Of a DNA stretch of 64,000 bases, positions 53,617-64,000 are shown one piece after another. This DNA comes from Octopus sinensis (lineage: Eukaryota). The notes under the pieces were generated by a model, which saw only the letters and a program-made list of their open reading frames with translations, was not told where the DNA came from and ran no database searches. Made by a program: the position numbers and the translations under genes. Every line of letters begins with the position of its first letter. Position 1 is the stretch's first letter. The stretch is from assembly GCF_006345805.1 (NCBI RefSeq), contig NC_043001.1, positions 16,430,001 through 16,494,000 of the forward strand, written 5' to 3'.

Positions 53617-53862
53617 ATATATGTATGTATGTATGTATGTGTGTGTATATGTTTGTGTGTCTGTGTTTGTCCCCTCCAACATGGCTTGACAACCGATGCG
53701 GGTGTGTTTACGTTCCCGTAACTTAGCGGTTCGGCAAAAGAGCCCGATAGAATAAGTACTAGGCTTCTAAAGAATAAGTCCTGGGGTCATTTTTGCTCGA
53801 CTAAAGGCGGTACTCCAGCATGGCCGCAGTCAAATGACTGAAACAAGTAAAAGAGTAAAAGA
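53389..53862 (+). mobile_element. SINE family A
   Basis: Head, core and tail. Confidence 0.9.
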
Positions 53863-54456
53863 GAATACATACATAATTGAATCCAATATCCAGCTGTGTG
53901 ATTAACTGCCTAATTTTTAAATTTAAACGTATATGGCTGAGTATTCCATGGACACCTATACCCAAATCAGCCTGACACAATTTGCGACAATCCTTGATCC
54001 TTGAAATTTTTGCACCCTCTGTGTGATGGGCTTCTACACAGTTTGCCTATTTCCATTTTTGTTCACAATGCTAAGGGCGAGCCAGGGCTTAAGTAAAAAG
54101 CACTTGTCTAACATGTCGTGCAGTGAGATCGAACTTGGGTCCTCATGACAGGGAAGCGAATTGTTCAGTTATGGCGAATGGTTTAAGAAAATTGTGTCTG
54201 TGTGTTTATGAATATATAAATACACGCGCGCGCCGCCGCCGCCGCACACACACATACGCATGCATCCGCGTGCGCGCGCACACAAAGAAAAAATCACGTC
54301 CACAAATACATAGACATATGCGCATATGTGTACGTATACATATGTAGAAATTAATAAATTCCATATACATATACATATATATATGCTTATATATATATAT
54401 ATTGATATATATATGTATTTTATATATGTATATATATGTATAATATATTATTATAT

Positions 54457-54490
<34 letters not shown>

Positions 54491-54691
54491 ATATATATGT
54501 ATATATATATATGTGTAGATATATATATGTGTATATATTATATGTGTAATATATATGTATGTATATAGGTATAGATAAATGTATATATATATATATTATA
54601 TATATATTATATATATAATATTATATCATATATATATATAATATATATATAATATAATATATATATATATATATTACATTATATATAATAC

Positions 54692-54724
<33 letters not shown>

Positions 54725-55826
54725 TATATATATATCTATACATACATACAAATATATATATAATATATTATAATATATATATATATAATATATTATACAT
54801 ACATATATATATATATATTATATATATATATATATATGTATGTATATGTATGTATAGTTTGTTATACGAAATGATTCAACGTGATTGGCGCCATAATAGC
54901 TGAAGATAGTCCTTGTGAGGGTCAATTATTATGCCAACAGAGGAGAGAAATGATGTCTATGTTTGTGAGTGGAATCAAAACAAATGAGGGCTGAGAAAGG
55001 AAGAATGAGAGGAAGAGCCCCAAAAAACAAAACAAAAAAAAAGAAGAAAACGAGAGGTTGTGAGAAGAAAAGAAGAGAAAGAAAGAAAGAAAGAACCAAA
55101 GAGAAAGGAAGAATGACGGAAAGAAAGAAAGAAAGGAAGAAAGACAGGAAGGAAAAAGGTTGCAAAAAATAACAAAAAGAAGAATAGATTTCACACTCGT
55201 ATGTTTCGATTGTCAATTTTAAAATATTTATTAACAAGCGGGGTATGTTTTCTGGCGATCATTTTTGTGAGAAAATGCCATGATATCTTCCTAAACGCCC
55301 ACCATTCGCCACAATTATGCTCAGTAAAAGGTTTAGATTGTGACACGAAACGGCCTCCGAAAATAATTTGACTAGCCATGATTACTGTCGGCGAAGATTA
55401 TATCTAAGATTGCAATGTAACTAGCTTACTGACATAGCGCTAATAGTATCGCTAGAAAGTAATAGTTTATACACACGTGTGAAGAAAGATGGAGGAAAAT
55501 TTATATATATATTACAGTGACATGATTATCTGGAAAGTAACACGACTGCTGATGTGGAATTTTTGTCACGTCCTACTCATGGTCTGGGCGGAGGTTTGTC
55601 AATTAAAGGCGACAGTGATCTTGTTATATATTTGATGTTCTCTTTGGAATGTCTACCAGTAATAAATAGCGTGTGAGCGTTTGTCAACGACGTCTAATCA
55701 TTGATACGTATGTACGACGATGCTTCAAATAGTAGGAGCAAAAAAAAAATGTCGTATTCATCTTCCGAAACTTTAATGATTTTTCTCATCTTCATGAAAG
55801 TTCTCCAAGATTAATATAGCTTCATA

Positions 55827-56225
55827 TCTTTATATATAAAACTAAAGTTGTGTGTCTGTCTCCTACGATTTAGATTCCTAACTACTCCCACATTTTGCGG
55901 TACAGTTTAACCAAAACCGGGTATCTTATAGTATCTTATATTCATATCGAGCCCTTCTGGGTATTAGCGCGCGTCTACTATGAGTCTACGATTTTTAAAA
56001 TAATTTACCATAATTTTTTTCCATTTTAATGCATTTTTTTCGCTATTATATAAGGGAAGTAACTCTCTAAAAATGTATCATTAAATCTCAGAACGTAAAA
56101 AGCTACAGTAACCCACCACCTTTGTGGTTAGCCATATTGAGATGGCTATTATACTATACATCTCTAAAAATGCTTATATAGTTATTTCCCTTACAAACCC
56201 GAGCAACGCCGGGCGATACTGCTAG
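55827..56225 (+). mobile_element. Non-autonomous Helitron with a different interior and the same 3' terminus
   Basis: A|TCtttatatataaaact ... caaacccgagcaacgccgggcgatactgCTAG|T. Confidence 0.85.
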
Positions 56226-56715
56226 TTAAATATAGGAATTTATATAGAATTTACGAAAGCAAAAGAAAACTTTTGCAGACTTGTTACCCACGCAAAATGA
56301 TCTGTAGTCTAAAATGTGCAATGTTCTCGAATTAGCCTCCGTAATTTTTCTTGTGCCTCTGGTTATTGTTTGTTGCTGTCATTCTTGTAAAGCATCAGGT
56401 TAGTTCTGATCAAGTTGATCTACAGTGACCAAACTCTGACCATCCCGTCTTTACATTCATTCGTATTGTATGCATCTAAGACTATACTATCCGATATATC
56501 CTTCCATTCTTAAAGAAGGTTAAGCGTAATTCAAGACAAATTTAGCTGTTATTTCTAGCAAATCAAATTATCTTATAGACGTTTGCGCATTGGGTTGCCC
56601 TATTGAATACACATATCCTCATGAGAAAGTAATTCAATGCAAATATACAAGTATTTGTGAGAGGCCAAAGCAATACGAGTACAGTAGTGCTTTGATATAT
56701 GAGTTAGCTTATTCT

Positions 56716-57110
56716 AAGGCGGCGAGCTGGCAGAAAAATTAGCACGCCGGGTGAAATGCTTTGCGGTATTTCGTCTGCCGCTACATCCTGAGTTCAATTT
56801 CCGCCGAGGCCGACTTTGCCTTTCATCCTTTCGGGATCGATTAAATAAGTACCAGTTACGCACTGGGCTCGATGTAATCGACTTAATACCTATGTCTGTC
56901 CTTGTTTGTCCCCTCTGTGTTTAGCCCCTTGTGGGTAATAAAGAAATAGGTATTTCGTCTGCCGCTACATCCTGAGTTCAATTTCCGCGAGGTCGACTTT
57001 GCCTTTCATCCTTTCGGGATCGATTAAATAAGTACCAGTTATGTACTGGGGTCGATATAATCAACTTAATCCGTTTGTCTGTCCTTGTTTGTCCTCTCTG
57101 TGTAAAGAAA
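56716..57110 (+). mobile_element. SINE family B tandem dimer
   Basis: Units start at 56767 and 56950; junction aaagaaatag|gtatttcgtctg. Confidence 0.9.
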
Positions 57111-57119
57111 TAGATATAT

Positions 57120-58028
57120 GAGTTAATTTATTCCCGGAGACTGCTCGTAAAGCGAAAAATCGGAAACCAGAGCAATCGTAATTCGTTTTTAGAAAAATAT
57201 TTTTATCTATGAAATTTATTACACTCGTAAATAAATGGCAATAAAACAACAGTAGAATGTAGGGAAAAAGAATGTCAAAATAATTTATGATAAAAATATT
57301 ATTATTATAATCGTTTTCTGAATCCCTTTCATTCGCGCTAGACTTGCACACACCATGATTTGTAGACGCGATTGCCGATTCACAAGCACTCGTAGACGGA
57401 CCTGTAGATTTCTTTTTGAAAAACAATTCTAGAGTTGTTTGCTTAGAAGAAGCGTTTTTTCGCACTCTATAAATTTCTCGGTAACATGAATAAACATTTG
57501 TTATGGTTACTCTTTTTACTCTTTTACTTGTTTCAGTCCTTTGACTGCGGCCATGCTGGAGCACCGCCTTTAGTCGGGCAAATCGACCCCAGGACTTATT
57601 CTTTGTAAGCTTATTACTTATTCTATTGGTCTCTTTTGCCGAACCGCTAAGTTACGGGGACGTAAACACACCAGCATCGGTTGTCAAACGATGTTGGGGT
57701 GACAAACACAGACACACAAACATATACACACACACATACATATAAATATACATATATTTGACGGGCTTCTTTCAGTTTCCGTCTACCAAATCCACTCACA
57801 AGGCTTTGATCGACCCGACGCTATAGTAGAAGACACTTGCCCAAGGTGCCAGGCAGTGGGACTGAACCCGGAAGCATGGGGTTGGTAAGCAAGCTACTTA
57901 CCACACAGCCACTCCTGCGCCTGTAGAAATTTTTGCACTTCGTTCAAAGTTTTGATCTTCCGCTTGGAAAATAAAACTCGTAAACCCTGGGTCTCGCAAA
58001 ACACGTCCTCGTAAAGTGAAGGATTACT
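57120..58028 (-). mobile_element. Internally deleted Tigger/pogo element interrupted by a SINE
   Basis: TA|cagtaatccttcactttacgag TIR; removing SINE 57505-57922 restores EDQNFERSAKISTITNVYSCYREIY...KQTTLELFF. Confidence 0.8.
57505..57922 (-). mobile_element. SINE family A (nested in the Tigger element)
   Basis: Full head and tail. Confidence 0.9.
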
Positions 58029-58379
58029 GTACATGTGTGTGCTATGTGTAAGGCTAAAGTAATGTAAATATGTGTATTTGTGCAACCATAATTTTTTTAC
58101 TAGTTTTTAGCCAGTGAGCAGTGGTCATGTCGGAGCGGCGAAATCAATAATAACCATCTGATTCGTCAATCAAGAAGTTGATCAAGTGTTCTAGAATCCA
58201 ATTGACCCGATAGTCACATCACCAACGATTTATAGAATAAGGCGAGTATTTGTCTGTGAAAGATATCTCTGTTATTCATGCTAAAAGCTTATATTTTCTA
58301 CGCCCGCCATGTGAAATTCCCAATATACTGGAGGTATTCGCAATAGAACGATATATCTTTTAGAGACCTATACTTTTGT

Positions 58380-58703
58380 GACCCCCTTCGGTCATGAATG
58401 ACGATGGGATTGCACCTAAAAAGTTACCCTCCTAGACACAAGTCCGGGCAAGGTTGTTTATGGAAGACCAACAGTCGCCCATGCATACCAGCCTCCCCTC
58501 TCCACGCCACCTGTGTTATCCAAGGGAAAGACAAAGTCGATACAGCTTGGCACCAGTGACGTCGCAACTCATTTCTACAGCTGAGTGAACTGGAGCAACG
58601 TGAAATAAAGTGACTTGCTCAAGAACACAACACGCAGCCCGGTCCGGGATTCGAGCTCACAACCTCACGCTCGACGCTCTAACCACTGAGCCATGCGCCT
58701 TCA
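58380..58703 (-). mobile_element. SINE with family D-type head and a third tail module
   Basis: Head as at 27406; tail gcgactgttggtcttccataaacaaccttgcccggac...gaccgaagggg is absent from families C and D. Confidence 0.8.
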
Positions 58704-58907
58704 CTATAGCGACCTATACTAGATGTATATAAATAAAGAATTAGTTTAGAATTTTGTTTTATCTAACGGCTTCACGGTTTGGTATTTAAACAGCATCTAC
58801 AAATAAGTTTCACCTAACGGTTTACGATCTCACCGAAATACTTTTAATATATAATCTAGCATTAATCTTTAGAAACGTTTTCTATCTAGGTGCAAAACCA
58901 TTTATAT

Positions 58908-59277
58908 ACTCTTTTACTCGTTTCAGTCATTTGACTGTGGCCATGCTGGAGCACCGCCTTTAGTCGAGGACTAATCGACCCCGGGACTTATTCTTTGTAA
59001 GCCCAGTACTTATTCTATCGGTCTCTTTTGCCGAACCGCTAAGTGACGGGGACGTAAACACACCAGCATCGATTGTCAAGCAATGCTAGGGGGACAAACA
59101 CACACACACAAACACACACACATACACATACACACATATATATATACATATATACGACATGCTTCTTTCAGTTTCCGTCTACCAAATCCACTCACAAGGC
59201 ATTGGTCGCAGTGGGACTGAACCGGAACCATGTGGTTGGTTAGCAAGCTACTTACCACACAGCCACTCCTGCGCCTA
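58908..59277 (-). mobile_element. SINE family A
   Basis: Head and tail, with an internal deletion. Confidence 0.88.
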
Positions 59278-59283
59278 TATATA

Positions 59284-59424
<141 letters not shown>

Positions 59425-59459
59425 GTGTGTGTGTATGCATATATACATAATGGAATAAA

Positions 59460-59915
59460 TACCTATTTCTTTACTACCCACAAGGGGCTAAACACAGAGA
59501 GGACAAACAAGGACAGACAAACGAATTATGTCGATTATATCGACCCCAGTGCGTAACTGGTACTTAATTTATCGATCCCGAAAGGATGAAAGGCAAAGTC
59601 GACCTCGGCGGAATTTGAACTCAGAACGTAACTGCAGAACGCATTTCGCCCGGCGTGCTTAACGTTTCTGCCAGCTCACCGCCTTGTTATCCACCTAAAT
59701 ATTCTTTTCTACTCTAGGCATAAGGCCCGAAATTTTGGGGGTGGGTTCCAGTCGATTAGATCGACCCCAGTACGCAACTGGTACTTAATTTATCGACCCG
59801 AAAGGATGAAAAGAAAAGTCGACCTCGGCGGAGTTTGAACTCAAAACGTAAAAACAGACGAAATACCACTAAGTATTTCGCCCGGCTTGCTAACATTTCT
59901 GCCAAGTTCACCTTG
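59460..59915 (-). mobile_element. Two adjacent SINE family B-type copies
   Basis: 59460-59686 and about 59700-59915. Confidence 0.8.
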
Positions 59916-60789
59916 TCATTCACCTAAATATTAACTTAATTCAGAATATTGTAACGTCAGGGAAGGTCAGTAAAGGCGTCTTCACACACCCTATTTATGA
60001 TTTTCTTCGTGATTATTGGCTGTTAAATCTTTGTTTCCATCAGTGTTTATGTTTCAATGAATGGGTGAGTTCTTCCATAATCAAAACACTATTGCAAATT
60101 GAAACTGCTCTACCCTTATATGAAGTTTATACAAGAATGTAAACAGGATTTACTTATCAAAACCGAAAGTCAAAGGTGCTGAGGTTTAATATCTTACGAA
60201 TTGGGAGCCATACATTAAAGTACATTCTTTCTAATGTTTTGGCTAGAAGGGGTCATATTCGTTCAGTAAGCTTTTAATATAGAAAATAGTTAACTATTTC
60301 AGAAGGAATGACATATGTGTGATTATACACCCACAGTATTGTCAACAAGATATTAAACCCAAAGGTTGGCAGTTCAATACGGAAGCAGGGGAAGAAATTT
60401 GGAGATAATCAAATCAAACTGTCTTTATCTTCAGTGGACACCTGCTCCCAAAAGTTGACAAAAGATCTTTATTTATGAACCTCACATTCAAGTCATCGCT
60501 AGTGAGGTTAACACTAATATAAGACATCATAAGGTTTTTCTCGCATCTTCATATTAAGAGAATACGTCGCGAAATCGAACAAGAACCCACAGAAAAGACA
60601 AAAGCAAAACTGGTCACCACTACTGAAATGTTGGATCTTATAAGATCACGACATTAAAATTGGGCCGCTGGATAATTATTTTAATAAATATTTTGTTAGG
60701 GTGAAAGGCTGGATTATTGATCTTTGTAAGAAAAACGAAAAAATTGGGGTCACTATTACTTTGATCTTTACAAGTAACCTAACAAAGAG

Positions 60790-61380
60790 TGGCGCTGCCT
60801 TGATGCCAGAAACTCACTTTTCTCTGGCTAAATAGAGATACCTACAGAAGTCATTTAGAGCCTCTTGAGAAAATGGTATTGGTTTATTCTCACTTTCTGG
60901 ATCATTGGGTTCCACACATTCACCACTGGAATGTTCATCAGCACTGCTTGAACTCTGCATTTCTTGATCTGGAGGTTTGGACACAGGTAAATTTTCTGAG
61001 TGCTCTACTGGGCGCATTACTGATTGCAAATTAGGGTAAACAATGTGTTATTTTTTCTTTACTGTAGTACAGCCTGTAAAGTCATGGTGACAGAAATAGT
61101 AATCATTAGAGTGATCTTTCTGCTCACGCCAAATCATTGGCACACCAAACTTCATGTGGACATTTATTCCTGCATACCAGACACTCAATGTCTTCACACA
61201 TGTAAGGCAACACACATGAGGAGTCCATGACTTATCCTGGTCTCCTAAGTAACAATCGAAGTACGCCTTGTATATTTTCTTGATATGGCGTGTAATACTG
61301 CGCTTTTGTTTAGCAAAAGTCTGTTCCCCACAGATATAACAGAATCTGTTTGGATCATTTTTGCACTGTCTTGCACTCAT
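60790..61380 (-). pseudogene. DNA transposase N-terminal fragment, Chapaev3 (CMC)-like
   Basis: CKNDPNRFCYICGE...YFDCYLGDQDKSWTPHVCCLTC...FGVPMIWREQKDHSNDYYFC, then QSVMRPVEHS...FSQEALND; family assignment from memory. Confidence 0.65.
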
Positions 61381-62199
61381 TGTTGAAAACAAATAAAATA
61401 TCTGAATAACATTAAACACAAGCTTTGAATCACATTGTAGGTTTTACTAACATTGGTCTCTAGCCCTGGGTTTACAATGCGGTAAAGAATTTTATTTAAT
61501 AATGACAAAAAGGGTATGCAGTAACATTTCTGTAGAAACCATGCCTAATTCAACAAAAAGAAGGCCAGAAATGGATTTCCCATATCATTTTGCATATAAA
61601 AATGGCCACAGATCTGCGTGACCAATATCTCAGAAGGGGAGTCTCGCGAAACCGGTCCCACGTTGCATCAGGTAGAGTGTCTTTAACGAACAACATGAAA
61701 AAAGTAGAGCATTAAAGATCGTGTCAAGGGATCAAATTATCCTCAAGTCAGAAACCCGAACTCCACTAAATGCACGAAAAGCGTGGTGGTGGAGGTGGCG
61801 ATAGACTGGGTAAGAAATCAGGTCACCAGATCAAAGTCTTAAAATAGAAAAACAAATATCACACCAGAAGTTAAAAATAACGAATCAATAAAGATTTGAA
61901 TGAAAGATAACGAACCTCACGATTGTAATTATCAAGAGAAATACATCATTAACTGTTTAGTCTCACATTACGACACCTCTATCACGACTCTACTATCAAA
62001 TTCGTTGAAATTCCTAGGTGTAATAGCCGGGGAAGATCAATGATGGCGTTTTTGTATATCCACAGCCAAAAATTTAATTGTTTAAGAAATACAAATATTA
62101 CATTTCAAGGCATGACGTTATAAACGTTTACAAAGGGAAATCTCTGATGAAAAATTGAAAAAAGCCCGATTAACTGTAAGAACAATGTATTTAAGTAGA

Positions 62200-62935
62200 A
62201 TAACTGGTGCCTTAGAAATATAATGAAGATTGCTGGCGTGACTGGAAGCACTCCGTCGGTTACGACGACGAGGGTTCCGGTTGATCCGAATCAACGGAAC
62301 AGCCTGCTCGTGAAATTAACGTGTAAGTGGCTGAGCACTCCACAGACACGTGTACCCTTAACGCAGTTCTCGGGGATATTCAGCGTGACACAGAGCGTGA
62401 CAAGGCCGGCCCTTTGAAATACAGGTACAACAGAAACAGGAAGTAAGAGTGAGAGAAAGTTGTGGTGAAAGAGTACAGCAGGGATCACCACCATCCCCAG
62501 CCGGAGCCTCGTGGAGCTTTAGGTGTTTTCGCTCAATAAACACTCACAACGCCCGGTCTGGGAATCGAAACCGCGATCCTACGACCGCGAGTCCGCTACC
62601 CTAACCACTGGGCCATTGCGCCTCCACGCTGGCGTGACTACAGCACAAACGATGAAATCATGATAAGAGCTGGCCTAAGTAAACTGCATGATACCATCAC
62701 AGATAGACAAAGGAAGCTGCTTGTGAATGTGTTACGCTTAACGTTGGAGAAACCGGTAAAGACTGCCGTTCAGTGGATAGTTAAAGGAAAAAGGAGAAAG
62801 AGAGGCGGGGCGGTGAAGAAGGAGTAAACGACTGTGCAGAAGGACTTGACCGAAATGGGAGTCACCTGGGAAGAAGGGTGCAGTTTGGTTCAGAATGATA
62901 CCACTTGGAGAACTCCCATCACCCGATGCTCTTTG
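62200..62935 (+). mobile_element. RTE-group LINE 3' fragment interrupted by a SINE
   Basis: NWCLRNIMK..WRDYSTNDEIMIRAG...TVQKDLTEMGVTWEE...NDTTWR. Confidence 0.75.
62250..62627 (-). mobile_element. SINE family C with TSD
   Basis: 12-bp TSD gctggcgtgact at 62238-62249 and 62628-62639. Confidence 0.93.
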
Positions 62936-62959
62936 AAAAAACGGTGACTATCAGTTTTA

Positions 62960-63183
62960 CTTGCCTCTGTCATTAGACTGCGGCCATGTCGGAGCACCGC
63001 CGTGAAGAATTTTTTAGTCTAATGAATCGATCCCAGGACTTATTTTTTAATGCCCGGAACTTTTCTATCGGTCATTTGGGTCAAATCACTAAGTTACGGA
63101 GACGTAAGCAAACCAACACACGTTGTCGGAGACAAAAACAGATGCAAAGATCGCACACACACACACACACACACACATACACA

Positions 63184-63232
<49 letters not shown>

Positions 63233-63398
63233 CAACGAGGGCTTCTTTTCAGTTACCGTCTACCAAATCCACTCACAAGGTTTTGGTCGACCCGACGCCA
63301 TTGTAGAAGACACTTTCCCAAGGTTCTACGGACTGGGACTGAACCCAGGTCCAGGTGGTTGGCAAGCAAACTTCTTACCATACAGCAACGCCTGCACC
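62960..63398 (-). mobile_element. Diverged SINE family A
   Basis: Degenerate head and tail with (CA)n core. Confidence 0.75.
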
Positions 63399-64000
63399 TG
63401 TTAAAAGAAACGAACAGCAATGTGACTGAGTACTTGCTTCATTGTTTGCGCACCAACACTTTAATGAATTCTCATGTTAGCATCAGGAAATGCTTCCAGC
63501 CTGACACTATCACGCAATCTCTTAAGACACACACACACATACATACCGAGATACATACGAATACATAACAAAATTAAAGAATAAAAGATTAAAAAAAGTT
63601 ATCCTCCAGCCTAATTAGGTCAGAGCTTGTCCTTATTTCCATGGTATAAGCGAGTTAGAGTACAAGGCCACGATTTGAAAAGAATGTCTGTCCCTCAAAG
63701 GGTTACCACTGTTGCTGTTATGCTACTAATTTACAGTTTAGTGACTTGAAACGATGTAAAATGAAGTGCCTTGCCCAAGGGCTCAACGTGCTGCCAGTTT
63801 GGGAATCGAAACCACGGGCTTATGATCGGGAGTCCAGTAATCTATTCACTAAGACATGCGCCATCACACACACGCGCACGTACACATTTACGTGCGCGCA
63901 CCCCCCTTCCACAAACACATTAAAATTCGGTGAACATAAAGACGGACAAAATGCCGCCAAACATTTTGTTCGGAGTGCTAAAGATTCTGTCAGTTCGCCG

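Noticed and set aside
54220-54290. CpG-rich patch (gcgcgcgccgccgccgccgc)
   Set aside because: Too short for a CpG island and embedded in (CA)n-type repeat.

Overview
AT-rich, microsatellite-saturated metazoan DNA. The tRNA-derived SINE families look like octopus SINEs, so an octopus genome is inferred rather than proven. No host protein-coding exon, tRNA, rRNA or CRISPR array can be supported; the window reads as intergenic or deep-intronic. It is a mosaic of mobile elements. LINEs: a 5'-truncated Tx1-clade element (14117-17887) between two same-strand (TCTA)n arrays, a nearly complete CR1/L2-group ORF2 (35829-38920) whose 3' tail matches the main SINE family, and RTE and R4/Dong-like fragments. 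DNA elements: a full-length decayed Tc1, mariner, Tigger, hAT and Chapaev3-like remnants, MITEs, and several non-autonomous Helitrons, one apparently carrying captured flanking DNA. There are dozens of copies of at least four modular SINE families. Penelope-like remnants carry minimal hammerhead-ribozyme motifs, including a 3.1-kb tandem/inverted cluster (47022-50115) whose breakpoints fall at the ribozyme helix III. The strongest leads are a candidate (GATA)n-microsatellite-targeting Tx1 retrotransposon, the hammerhead-centred rearrangement cluster, fixed-junction SINE dimers, and Helitron flank capture. Most ORFs in the supplied track are microsatellite or SINE artefacts. Many repeat boundaries are approximate (about 5-10 bp).
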